From a virus (taxonomy: Duplodnaviria > Caudoviricetes), in IMG/VR virus record IMGVR_UViG_3300037541_000451, positions 1 to 64,000 of that record: a stretch of DNA of 64,000 nt; one strand, 5' to 3'. Positions 27,835 through 37,800 of the stretch are shown one piece after another. The translations under genes and the position numbers were made by a program. The notes beneath the pieces are model-generated. The model was not told the origin of the DNA. It saw nothing but the letters and a program-made list of their open reading frames with translations, and searched no databases. Position 1 is the stretch's first letter; every line of letters starts with the position of its first letter.

Positions 27835-28524
27835 TTAATCGCCCCACATGCGTTTACGAATTTTTTCAGCCGTTTGTTTAACATCTGAACCACTTTGATT
27901 AATTAGATTTTTACTATAAGATCTAATATCGCTGACTTTTTCATAGTCTCTAGCTTGCTTAACAATTGCATCTTCGTTAGCCTTAGCTTTTGTTGCAACA
28001 TTAATCTTATTAGCGATAGAATCTTGTTTAATTGTTTTTTCGTAAATTCTAGAATCGATTTCTCTTCGCAAAGCACTGTTGGTACGCTCAGCTTCATTAA
28101 TTTTTCTTTTACTGTTTTTGTTAAGAATTGCATCAGCAGCCAAAAAAGTCATTGCTGCACCAATTGCAGCAGGAGGCGATATTACTGACATGGGCGCTGT
28201 CATAATTACCCCATCTTTTACATAAGATTTTAATTCCTTATCTTTATAATTTGAAATTAAATCCTCATTTACAATATTTTTGATTTTTACTCTATTCAAT
28301 TGATTAAGCTCATCACGAGTTTTATTAAGCTCTTTAGAATCAGATTCAATGTTTCGGTTATAAAGCGTAGAAAACGCCTTTGAAAAAGCAGCTTTCTGAT
28401 TCAATTTTTGCTGTTTTTCTCTAGTTGCGAAATAACCACCAATACTATAACGGTATCCAGGCGAAGAACCATCTTTTGTGTATTGGTTTACACCTTCTGG
28501 ATTATTTGTTTTTCCGGTTGCCAT
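27835..28524 (-). CDS. hypothetical protein with [11 protein letters not shown] leader
   Basis: ORF track; SD AAGGAG. Confidence 0.75.
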   Translation of the reverse strand: MATGKTNNPEGVNQYTKDGSSPGYRYSIGGYFATREKQQKLNQKAAFSKAFSTLYNRNIESDSKELNKTRDELNQLNRVKIKNIVNEDLISNYKDKELKSYVKDGVIMTAPMSVISPPAAIGAAMTFLAADAILNKNSKRKINEAERTNSALRREIDSRIYEKTIKQDSIANKINVATKAKANEDAIVKQARDYEKVSDIRSYSKNLINQSGSDVKQTAEKIRKRMWGD

Positions 28525-28576
28525 TATTACTCCTTAATTTGGTTATAATCTAGTAAGCGTAAATTAAACAATTTAT

Positions 28577-29143
28577 TTAAGTTTGCTTAAACTGCCTTTG
28601 ATGGCCTGTCGCTTTTCTAACAGCTTCTTCCTCTCTGTCAATCTTGTAACCTAAATATCCACCAGTAACGGCACCGCCCACAGTATTTATGCCTATTTTG
28701 AGTGCAGGATTCATCTTAGCAACCATCTGAGCAGATTTGAATACAAGAGCTCCAATGCCGGCTCCCATCGCAGCTGTTGGAATACCTAAAGATGCAGCAC
28801 CTATTGCTTTTCCCTTAGGAGTAGAACCAATTGATGCGCCTGATGTACCGCCCGCAATTGCACCTGCAGCTCCATAGAGTTTTGCTGCATTCGAAGTATT
28901 TTTTACCTTATCTAGAAAAATTCGAGTAGTAGCATTGCCTATAACACCGCTTGCCGCGCCTATAGCTGCTCCGGCCGCAGCATATTTAACGGTTTTATCG
29001 ACTGCTTCCCAATTTTCTTTAGTTCTTTCTTTTGCACTTGCAAATGCGCCTCCAACTCTTGTTTTAGCAGCTTCGAATGTAGATTTAGGCTTGCCAGTGT
29101 ATTGATTTATACCTTCTGGGTTGTTAGTTTTACCAGTTGCCAT
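28577..29143 (-). CDS. Gly/Ala-rich membrane-like protein with [11 protein letters not shown] leader
   Basis: ORF track; glycine-zipper-like GAAIGAASG repeats. Confidence 0.75.
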   Translation of the reverse strand: MATGKTNNPEGINQYTGKPKSTFEAAKTRVGGAFASAKERTKENWEAVDKTVKYAAAGAAIGAASGVIGNATTRIFLDKVKNTSNAAKLYGAAGAIAGGTSGASIGSTPKGKAIGAASLGIPTAAMGAGIGALVFKSAQMVAKMNPALKIGINTVGGAVTGGYLGYKIDREEEAVRKATGHQRQFKQT

Positions 29144-29152
29144 TATTACTCC

Positions 29153-30733
29153 TTAAGCTACTCCATCACCATTTGCAATACCTTCAAGAACCCGATTTGG
29201 TGCTTGAGCCTTCATTACAGCTTCCATATCAGCTGTTATCTCCTGTTTACCAGCTTCATCGTCATAATCGGGCGGCATTAAGTCATTTTGTTTGAGTAAC
29301 ATAATCCAAATAGATCTAGGAATTAAGCCTTGTTGATACCATTCTGTGGCAAGTCTCAACCAATCAGCACCAAGAGGTACTGGATTAAAATCATCAGATA
29401 AACTAAACTTCACATCTGATGCTTTAATACCAATCGAATAACGCCAGCTTATCATAAACGCAATCACTTGAGACATTATAGAGCTAATCTTGCTATTTAA
29501 TGTACCAAGTCTGGCTGTTTGAGCAGCGTTTCTAATTTCTAATGCAATGCCTGATTGAGATGTTTCAGGGCTCAGCATTCTAATGCCAAGCTTTGCCATT
29601 TCTTCAATGCCGCTGGCAATAGCTTTTTCCATGTCAGATAGAGCATCTGTAGGAGTCTCTAGTACTTTTGCATCATCGCCTTGTCTAAGGCGTAACCAAG
29701 TGCCTAAACCGCTATTGACTAACTTATCAAAGTCATCATCAGACATGTCTGAAATGATGACCGGAGTATATGTTGAAGCACCATAAAGTAAATGATTTCT
29801 TCGGCTTATTTTATTATACAAGCTTAATTCTTTATCAATAATTTGAGAAAGCATTGGTTCTACTGGATCAATAGAACCATTAAGAGGCCATGCTGGAATA
29901 AATCTTAGACGTTCGCCTTCTAAAAGAATATTAGTCTTTGTCTCAACAAGATCAAAAATATCTTTATGTTCAGAAGGCCTTAAAACTTGTTGCCCTGCAA
30001 CGACAGGCAGTTGAGTCGTATCAGCCTTCTTTTGAAAAATACGTATTTGATAGTAGCCATCTTTATCTAATTCATGAACCCATACTGTATCACGGTAAGT
30101 AGGATGAAATTCATATTGAGAATAGTCTTCTTTAAAACCACGAATAATTACCCTGTTAAGTATTGATTTACCGTATTCATTTTCACTAATTCTCCAATTT
30201 ATAATTGATTCTGCTTTTTGTAGTATAGGGTAAGGTTTGTAATTTAGTTTATCATCTGCACTTAGATTATTTTCATCAGGAATATTAGGATAATCAACAA
30301 AGATCCATGCTCTGCTTGTTTGAACTTCTTCCCACAATGCTAAGTCAAGAAAAGCTGTCAAAGATGAGTCATCTTTTCCAAACTCATTCATGATCCAATT
30401 ATAAGCGTCTGCAGGAACTGATGCGGGTAATTCGAGTAAGGGCTTCTTTCTAAGAAGCCCACCTACAATCATTTTAGCAAATTCAGAGGTTATCCCAGGA
30501 AGTTCTGCTTCTGCCTTATAGAACTCATACTGTTCCTGGGACATTTTGGGAGAGAATGGTATTAAGAAATTAGTAAAAGAAAGTCTATCAAGATAGTTAT
30601 CATATGCTTTTACATACCGTTCACCGCTACAAACCGCTCTGCTCCTGTTCCAGAGCGGTTTTAAGGACTCAAAAGAGGCATTTGGATCCGCTACGGTTTT
30701 TACAGGAGCTTGTGCTGCATTTATAATGGCCAC
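29153..30733 (-). CDS. portal protein
   Basis: 526 aa, DUF4055-like C-terminal half (PAWPLNG...LYNKISRRNHLLY); upstream of the MuF gene. Confidence 0.85.
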   Translation of the reverse strand: MAIINAAQAPVKTVADPNASFESLKPLWNRSRAVCSGERYVKAYDNYLDRLSFTNFLIPFSPKMSQEQYEFYKAEAELPGITSEFAKMIVGGLLRKKPLLELPASVPADAYNWIMNEFGKDDSSLTAFLDLALWEEVQTSRAWIFVDYPNIPDENNLSADDKLNYKPYPILQKAESIINWRISENEYGKSILNRVIIRGFKEDYSQYEFHPTYRDTVWVHELDKDGYYQIRIFQKKADTTQLPVVAGQQVLRPSEHKDIFDLVETKTNILLEGERLRFIPAWPLNGSIDPVEPMLSQIIDKELSLYNKISRRNHLLYGASTYTPVIISDMSDDDFDKLVNSGLGTWLRLRQGDDAKVLETPTDALSDMEKAIASGIEEMAKLGIRMLSPETSQSGIALEIRNAAQTARLGTLNSKISSIMSQVIAFMISWRYSIGIKASDVKFSLSDDFNPVPLGADWLRLATEWYQQGLIPRSIWIMLLKQNDLMPPDYDDEAGKQEITADMEAVMKAQAPNRVLEGIANGDGVA

Positions 30734-30735
30734 AA

Positions 30736-30942
30736 TTAGCCTCGCAGTCTGAGATTGAACTCCTCAATTGTACCTGAAAAATGCTCACGAGAAGCATTGT
30801 TGTAAGCTGTGATACCATCGTCCGTAGGATGAATTTGCCAATTTGAAGGTATCCTATTTTCAAAAGGAATTACCACCACTTTAGGCTGTTCTTGATCATC
30901 TACAGGCGGATCAACAATATTGTTAATTTTAATATCTACCAT
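30736..30942 (-). CDS. hypothetical protein (stand-alone PSNW domain)
   Basis: ORF track; similar to the N-terminus of 43515-44408. Confidence 0.65.
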   Translation of the reverse strand: MVDIKINNIVDPPVDDQEQPKVVVIPFENRIPSNWQIHPTDDGITAYNNASREHFSGTIEEFNLRLRG

Positions 30943-30943
30943 T

Positions 30944-31255
30944 TTAAACTAATCCTGATCTTTTTAAAACAAACATTACAATTAAGCCAAGTGCAGCCCA
31001 AGTAACTCTATCATACCATAGGGCAAGCTTCTTGGTTGTAGGAGCTTGTAATTCTAGCTTAGACAACCTCTCCTCAATTTTGGATATGCTATTAAATGCT
31101 TTTTCTATAGACAAAGTAATTTGAAGTTGTCTCTCTTCAATTAATGTTAATTTTGTAATAGCAACGGTAAGCTCCTTAATACTTTGTTTCATATCGCTAA
31201 CAGCTTCATTTAAGCTATCAACTTTATGGTTTAACAATGGGATATCCTCCAACAT
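30944..31255 (-). CDS. coiled-coil protein with C-terminal membrane anchor
   Basis: Heptad pattern then VTWAALGLIVMFVL. Confidence 0.7.
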   Translation of the reverse strand: MLEDIPLLNHKVDSLNEAVSDMKQSIKELTVAITKLTLIEERQLQITLSIEKAFNSISKIEERLSKLELQAPTTKKLALWYDRVTWAALGLIVMFVLKRSGLV

Positions 31256-31524
31256 TTAAAACTCCAAACTTGATCGACGAGCGTCTATTTCGTAAGGGTT
31301 GTTTTTGTAGCCATATCTTAAAGTATAGTATAAATATTTTAAGTAAAACTTTATAACGCCTTCCTCTTTTATTTGCCTAGCGTGTGCAAGTTCATGTTTT
31401 ACTAAAACTTTATTATTCAAATGTTCTTCAAGAATATAAATACCCCATGGCAAAGTTATTCCAACGAAACGTCTAGAAGTTTAAAAAAGAATTTTATTAA
31501 GCCTGTAGCTTTATTTATCTTCAA
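31256..31524 (-). pseudogene. HExxH metallopeptidase-like protein, apparent 1-nt deletion near 31480
   Basis: KHELAHARQ...NPYEIDAR; the upstream KINKATGLIKFFFK joins only with one extra base. Confidence 0.45.
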
Positions 31525-31743
31525 TTCTATCAAGCTTTTTAAATATAGCTTCACTTAGCTTGTCAAAATCTTCTTTTTTGACATAAGTACCTGCAACTAA
31601 TATTTCTATGCTTGATACTTCTCAGCAAGCTTAGTATCTGATTTTTGTAAATCTCGTAAAGCTATCCACATGATACGTAATATCCATCCAAACAAGATTA
31701 ACACTAAGCTAATTAATGTGTCAATTAGCCTTACTTCATTCAT
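31511..31743 (-). pseudogene. membrane/coiled-coil protein, apparent 1-nt deletion near 31620
   Basis: ...LRDLQKSDTKLAE then, in the -1 frame, VSSIEILVAGTYVKKEDFDKL... Confidence 0.5.
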
Positions 31744-31753
31744 TTTTTCATCT

Positions 31754-34700
31754 TTAATTGTAAAACATTAAAAAATTTCCAAAAGATGTGATAACTGATA
31801 CAGGTGGAGTTTTAAATGTCCACCCTAAAGTGCCATTATTAGTTGAATTAGTGCCTGCATACCACTTATCTGTTGGAGGATATGCACGGATCCCAGTAAT
31901 TGTTAAGAAATCTGAAGACACCGGACCTAAACCAGTAAGGATTAGTGTTGCTGGTGATGTTGCTGAGGTACCTGTGATTGTTAAAGCCCGGCTAGAATCA
32001 ATACCCGTGGCAGTAAACGTACCGACTTTTTGTGTTGTATTCCCCAGTGAAAGGGCTTTGAGTCCACTTAAATTGCTACTGATCCTAGTGAATGTATTGT
32101 TACCAGTTAGATATATTACACCTCCACCACCGCCATTATTAAGACCACCACCCTCAATAATTAATTCATTGAATATATTATTACCGGTTACTACAATGGG
32201 TCCTGTGTTACCAAATTTGAGATTAATATTAGAATAATCTAGATTATTTCCAGCGAAAGTATTTGTTGTAAATGCAAAACTTGCTGTGCTAAGTTGAATG
32301 GTTCCACCATTTCCAATTACTGATACATTTGAACCTGTTATATTCCAACGTGTCCCACCAATTTGCGTAAATATTGAAAAGGTTCCTGATCCGATATTAA
32401 TAGTTCTTGCAACGTCTCCTGTGGAAGTGAAATTTCCACTGGTGAATGAAACGTTGTAACCATTACAATTCAAAGTCCCTGCAGTTAGTGTAATACCGGA
32501 AGATCCGACAGTACCTATAGAAAGGGCATCCTGCAATACAACTGATCCGCCAGGAGAATTAATAATAACACCAAACGTGCTAAAGGGAACGCCTGAAGTT
32601 CGAATGCTTTGCGTTGTTCTGCCAGCAAAAGTTACGTTTATACTTGAACTTGTATAAGATATTCTAGAACTTGTAATCCAATCGCCATGTATTGTGAATT
32701 GTGGAGCAATAGTCAAACTGCTATTTGTTCGTGCAGAAGCGTCAAAAGTTCCAATGTTATACGAAGTTCCTGAAGCTATTACCGCTTCACCTCCTGAATT
32801 ATTATCAATAATTGCTGTATCTTGGGCAAGAGGAAAATTAACAAGATTTGCTGTTCCACCGCTCATAGTGGCCCAATAATTTCCATTCCAAGACACAAAA
32901 TCGCTCGGTCCAACCCAATATACTGTCTTTGGTGCGGTAAATGTAATTCCAGAGTTGCCTTTGCAGTTCCCAATGCGCGTACCAGATGCAGGCGCAGCAG
33001 CACCAGCAATGGTGATGTCGCAGAAGTCAACGTCGGTCATTGATACAGCAGCGGCTGTAATGGTACGGGTGGTGCCGATGGTGTCGCTGCGGCAAAAATG
33101 CCGCATAGTAGCGTCAGTTCCTGCGGAGAAAGTGAGCGTACCTGTGACAGTTTGGTTGGCGGCAAGGACTATGTTCTTAAAGACAGCAGAGGTGATGCCG
33201 GTGAAGGACAGATTGTTAAAGCTGTTGGTTCCGTTAAGAGTTACAGTGCCTGTAGAGGTGCTTGTGAAGGCAACGTTGTAAAAGGTTTGATTGTTGCCGA
33301 AGAAAGTGGGGCTTGCGTTAGAGCAATTGATTTGAGCCGTGCCTGAAGCAAAAGTCAAATTTGCTCTAGAAATTTCACTTGTCCCAAAACTAAAAGCTGT
33401 TGCAAGTGACAACGTAATAGTCCCGGATCCGAAATTAACGTTCCTTGGATTTTCATTATCAGAACTAAAAGATCCAGCAGTGAGATTATATGTGTTGCAA
33501 TTAAATGTCCCATTTGCGACGCTAACTGCGGCTGCGCTGTTATTCAATGCACTACCAAGTGTCCACTCACATCCTACTCCGTTGATTCCAAGTGATGATG
33601 ATAAGGCAACACCATTCGTCGTTAGCGTCAACCCAGACGTAGATCCCGACAAAGTAATAGCGCCTGTGTACGTCCTTGTCAGCCCCGTCGCAGGCAGCGT
33701 CACGTTGCCGTAAATGCCGTCAATAGCAGTGCTGCCTGCCAATGTCACGTTGCCGCTCGCTGGTCCTGCAATGGTCAACGACTTCATCCTAATGCCACCA
33801 GTGACAGCATTCACCGTGGCTGTGTAGGCTGTGGTGTTGGACAAACTGTCAAAGACAACATCATCATGGCTGCGAGGTACAGAAGCGCCAGAAGCGCCAC
33901 CAGACACAGTAGACCAACGAGCGGTGTCGCTCCAGTTGCCTGTGCCGCCAACCCAGTAGCGTGTGCTGTCGGCTGGCTTGGCTGTGCGGTAGACAGGCGC
34001 TGCCGCCGTGCCTGTGCTGTTGGCACCGGCATAGAACTCACCTAGGCTAGTGGCAGCGAATCCAATCGAGCCCATAGCAAGGTAGTCAATGCCGCTGGTA
34101 CATGCTCCTGCGAGAACATGGCTGGTGCCTGTGCCAGTAAGAGTGACCACATTACCCACCGTCCCTGTGACAGTCCACTTGCCAAAAGTCTGGTTTGTAG
34201 TGCCTAACGCAATGGTATGCGCTACGGTCTTGGTGCTGGCGAGTTCGGTAAATTGATTGTTAGTGATGATTGTTGTTGTACTGGTGCCTGTAGTACCGCC
34301 GATGGTAAGTTTGTTGTAAGACTTAAATCCACCAATAAAAGTTCTTGAATCCGTAGTATTAGCTGATAAGAGTATATTTGCTGTACCTTTAATAAGTGTA
34401 AGACTCGTATTAACGTTCCATACGTTATTACCTTGCGCTGCTGTAAGTGTCCATAACCCCGTCCCCATTTTTAAGGTTCTTGTCGCAGAAAAAGAACTAA
34501 TGAAGACTCTTGTCGTGACATTGAATGTTACAGCATCAAAAGTCCCCGATTCTAGTGCCAATTCTGTGTTACCACCATTCAGTGTTATTGCATCAGCAAG
34601 TAACACTGTACCATTGATGCTATCAATGTATACATTGCAACTAAAAGCATTACCATTGCTAGTGATTGTCTGGCTGCCGCGCTTGGAAAACGTTATTTTG

Positions 34701-36985
34701 CTTGTCGTACTTGAGCTAATGTTTCCATGTTTCCAATCACCATGTATACGAGGTAAAACACCTCCAGTTACATTCAACGTCATCGCGCTGGTTCGCGCAG
34801 AAGCATCAAATGCGCCTATATTCCACGCCCGTTCTATTGTTACCGTCCCTGCACCACCCGTGTTGTCAAACACCGCCGTGTCCTGAGCCAGCGGGAAGTT
34901 GTTGATGTTAGGCGTGCCGCCAGAAGAAGGCGCCCATGCCGTAGCAGACCAGTTCTGCGTGCCGGCAAGATTCCAATAAACAGTCTTTGCCGCAGGAAAC
35001 GTGATGCCGCTGTTACCGCCACAGTTGCCTGCACGGGCAAGAGAAGACCCGGCAGCAGCCCCTGTGATGGCAATGTCTCTGAAGTCGCAGTCTGTGGCAC
35101 TGAGCGTGCCTACGCTGAGCGTGCGGGTGGTGCCAAGGGTGTTAGAGCAAACGAAGATGCGACGGACGGGAGAGGCTCCGGCAACGGTGAGGGTGCCGGT
35201 AATGGTTTGGTTTGCGCTAAGGGGCAACACAGTCAGACCCGCAGAAGAAGGCGCAGTTACTGACAGATTGTTGAATATATTTGACCCTGTTATAGTTATA
35301 GAGTTGACGAAAGCACTGGTAAATGAAAGATTGTAAAAAGTTTGATTAGCAAGATTGAGTTGTGGGGCATCAGCAGACGAAACAATTGTTGATGTGCCTG
35401 CATCAAATGTTAAATTTGTGCTGTCTAATGAAATTGTAGGATTTGGAAAATTACCAAGTGTCAATGTCACCGTACTCGAACCAAGCTTAATAGTTCTAAC
35501 GTTAGAATTATTAGACACCAGCCCCGCAGCCGTAACGTTGAAGTTCTTGGTATCGAAGGTGCCGTTGTTAATAAAAAGGCGAAAATTAGGAGGGGTAAAT
35601 ATCGAGAGCGCATCCGCAAGTTGAACAGTCCCTCCAAGGGTATCAATCACGATATTCCAAAACGTCTTTCCTGCGCTGGTGATGGTCTGAGTATTCCGTC
35701 CAGAGAACGTCAGCTCGGACGATCCGGACAGTGCCGTACCGGAGCCGTTCTTCCAATCTCCGTAGATTGTGAATCCGTTAATAGTCAGGTTCATGGCAGT
35801 AGTCCGACTGGACATATCCACTGTACCTGTATAAGGCACAGCAGAGTTCATCACTACTTGGCTAACCTCTCCTGCGTTAGTGAACGTGGCTGTGTCTTGT
35901 GCCAGCGGGAAAAAGTCGGTGCTGGGCGTGCCTGTGCTAGTATCAGACCAGCCATTGGCACTCCAGTTATTAGACCCGGCAAGATTCCAATACACCGTCT
36001 TGGGCGTGCTGAAGGTGATGCCTCTGCAGCCTCTCAAGTCGCCAACACGCGTGCCGCTGATGGGCGCGGCTGTGCCAATAACGTAGATGTCTCGGAAGTC
36101 TGCGTCGGTCAGGCTTGGGGCGCTGTTGATGGTGAGGGTTTGGGCTAGTCCGTAAGTTACACCACGGAACCAGACTCGGCGGTTACCTGCTGTGCCGGTG
36201 GTGGAGAGGGTGCCGTTGATGGTCTGGCGGGAGTCGAAGGTTATTTGACGGACTCCGGCAGAAGAAGGAGCGGTAATAGACAAATTATTGTAAGTAGCTA
36301 ATCCACCTATTGAGTGAGTATTTGCGCCGGTTGATGTATACGAAACATTATAGAATGTTTGATTGCCACAAGAATTAAAGGCACTCGCGGCAGTAAATAT
36401 AATTTGCGATGTTCCTGCATTAAATGTTAAATTAGTAGCGTTTGCAAAATCAATATTTAATGACAGTGTTACTGTGCTGCTGCCCAGATTTATTGTTCTA
36501 AGATTAACATTACTAGATTGAAAAGAAGCGGCCGTAACATTAAAATTTGCCGTAGTAAATGTTCCTTGAGTGACGGTTATCGCGCCTGAAGATGTCAAAG
36601 CATCACCAAGCGTCACAGTGATACCAGCCCCGTTGATCGTCAACGGTCCGATAGTTTTCCCTGCCGTGGTCAGCGTAGCCGTTGCATTCAACGTCAGCGT
36701 GCCGCTGTACGTCACCGTCATCCCCGCCACAAGCGTGATACTACCAGACACGGTAATGGCTGAGCTACCCGCCAACGTTCCCGTAAATCCTGTGCAGTTG
36801 ATGGACTTGGCACCAGTGTTGCCGGTAGAGATGGTGCAGGTGCCGGTGGACAGGTTCGTAAAGAACACATCATCAGCACTAGTAGGGACGCTTGCTCCTC
36901 CAGCGCCACCAGACGCAGTAGCCCACTTCGTCCCAGCAGTACCGTCCCAGTTTGCTGTGCCACCGACCCAATATCTATCTGCCAT
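31754..36985 (-). CDS. large repetitive beta-solenoid fibre/adhesin protein
   Basis: 1743 aa, G/T/S/A/N-rich; repeats RYWVGGTxNW (x2), FPLAQDTA (x3), DFxDI...KTVYW (x3). Confidence 0.75.
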   Translation of the reverse strand: MADRYWVGGTANWDGTAGTKWATASGGAGGASVPTSADDVFFTNLSTGTCTISTGNTGAKSINCTGFTGTLAGSSAITVSGSITLVAGMTVTYSGTLTLNATATLTTAGKTIGPLTINGAGITVTLGDALTSSGAITVTQGTFTTANFNVTAASFQSSNVNLRTINLGSSTVTLSLNIDFANATNLTFNAGTSQIIFTAASAFNSCGNQTFYNVSYTSTGANTHSIGGLATYNNLSITAPSSAGVRQITFDSRQTINGTLSTTGTAGNRRVWFRGVTYGLAQTLTINSAPSLTDADFRDIYVIGTAAPISGTRVGDLRGCRGITFSTPKTVYWNLAGSNNWSANGWSDTSTGTPSTDFFPLAQDTATFTNAGEVSQVVMNSAVPYTGTVDMSSRTTAMNLTINGFTIYGDWKNGSGTALSGSSELTFSGRNTQTITSAGKTFWNIVIDTLGGTVQLADALSIFTPPNFRLFINNGTFDTKNFNVTAAGLVSNNSNVRTIKLGSSTVTLTLGNFPNPTISLDSTNLTFDAGTSTIVSSADAPQLNLANQTFYNLSFTSAFVNSITITGSNIFNNLSVTAPSSAGLTVLPLSANQTITGTLTVAGASPVRRIFVCSNTLGTTRTLSVGTLSATDCDFRDIAITGAAAGSSLARAGNCGGNSGITFPAAKTVYWNLAGTQNWSATAWAPSSGGTPNINNFPLAQDTAVFDNTGGAGTVTIERAWNIGAFDASARTSAMTLNVTGGVLPRIHGDWKHGNISSSTTSKITFSKRGSQTITSNGNAFSCNVYIDSINGTVLLADAITLNGGNTELALESGTFDAVTFNVTTRVFISSFSATRTLKMGTGLWTLTAAQGNNVWNVNTSLTLIKGTANILLSANTTDSRTFIGGFKSYNKLTIGGTTGTSTTTIITNNQFTELASTKTVAHTIALGTTNQTFGKWTVTGTVGNVVTLTGTGTSHVLAGACTSGIDYLAMGSIGFAATSLGEFYAGANSTGTAAAPVYRTAKPADSTRYWVGGTGNWSDTARWSTVSGGASGASVPRSHDDVVFDSLSNTTAYTATVNAVTGGIRMKSLTIAGPASGNVTLAGSTAIDGIYGNVTLPATGLTRTYTGAITLSGSTSGLTLTTNGVALSSSLGINGVGCEWTLGSALNNSAAAVSVANGTFNCNTYNLTAGSFSSDNENPRNVNFGSGTITLSLATAFSFGTSEISRANLTFASGTAQINCSNASPTFFGNNQTFYNVAFTSTSTGTVTLNGTNSFNNLSFTGITSAVFKNIVLAANQTVTGTLTFSAGTDATMRHFCRSDTIGTTRTITAAAVSMTDVDFCDITIAGAAAPASGTRIGNCKGNSGITFTAPKTVYWVGPSDFVSWNGNYWATMSGGTANLVNFPLAQDTAIIDNNSGGEAVIASGTSYNIGTFDASARTNSSLTIAPQFTIHGDWITSSRISYTSSSINVTFAGRTTQSIRTSGVPFSTFGVIINSPGGSVVLQDALSIGTVGSSGITLTAGTLNCNGYNVSFTSGNFTSTGDVARTINIGSGTFSIFTQIGGTRWNITGSNVSVIGNGGTIQLSTASFAFTTNTFAGNNLDYSNINLKFGNTGPIVVTGNNIFNELIIEGGGLNNGGGGGVIYLTGNNTFTRISSNLSGLKALSLGNTTQKVGTFTATGIDSSRALTITGTSATSPATLILTGLGPVSSDFLTITGIRAYPPTDKWYAGTNSTNNGTLGWTFKTPPVSVITSFGNFLMFYN

Positions 36986-37278
36986 TATTGCACCTTAAAG
37001 TACCATGTACCGTTAACTTCTATTAATTTAGCTCCGGTTGGCGGAACACCTGTTAGTCTTTTATAAGCCTCGCCAGAAATTTCAATATCATCAGTAATTA
37101 AAGGAACTTCCGAGATTTGATTAATTGTTGGATTTTCTAAGACTGAAATCCAATTATCAAGTCTTTGCTGCTTCATTTGTTGGATTTCATCATTTGAAAA
37201 AGAATGATCATATGGTAAATATAATGCATCTTTAAATACACCATATTTAGTTTGAAATTCGAACTCAATTTTATACAT
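36985..37278 (-). CDS. hypothetical protein
   Basis: ORF track; coupled to its neighbours. Confidence 0.65.
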   Translation of the reverse strand: MYKIEFEFQTKYGVFKDALYLPYDHSFSNDEIQQMKQQRLDNWISVLENPTINQISEVPLITDDIEISGEAYKRLTGVPPTGAKLIEVNGTWYFKVQ

Positions 37279-37285
37279 TATATCC

Positions 37286-37771
37286 TCATACTTCTGTTGT
37301 TACAGCAATAACATCCCATCTGACATCATTTAAATTATAAATAACTCCGACATATAGAGTTTTATTTGGAGTTGTAGATGTTGGCAAAGTAACACCAATA
37401 GCTCTGAAAGATTTGCTAGAACCTGTTGTCCAAGTTAATGTCCTCGCAGTTCCATTATCTTTAAACCTAAATATAACCTTTTCGCCATTTGGAGGAGAAC
37501 CACTATCAGCAGATATTGTAATATTTTCAGCTAAAGCTGTTAAAATATAAGTATCATAATTATCGCTATTCCACGAGAATGGTGAACTACTAGATGTAGC
37601 AGAGCTTACTAGACTTCTTTGAGTATTTAATGTTTTTATAGTATTTACATTATCTTTATAATACAACAAACCATCAGTGTAGTTAAGGCCTAATTCACCA
37701 TAAGCTAATTCACCAGCGGTAGGAGAGTCTCCAGCAGTAGCCGATCTTTTCAAAAGTATTGTATTTGGCAT
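37286..37771 (-). CDS. fibre protein with Mtd-N-like anchor
   Basis: ILLKRSATAG...LAYGELGLNYTDGLLYYKD. Confidence 0.7.
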   Translation of the reverse strand: MPNTILLKRSATAGDSPTAGELAYGELGLNYTDGLLYYKDNVNTIKTLNTQRSLVSSATSSSSPFSWNSDNYDTYILTALAENITISADSGSPPNGEKVIFRFKDNGTARTLTWTTGSSKSFRAIGVTLPTSTTPNKTLYVGVIYNLNDVRWDVIAVTTEV

Positions 37772-37800
37772 GATCCACCTTTATACAGGTGATCTTGAAA

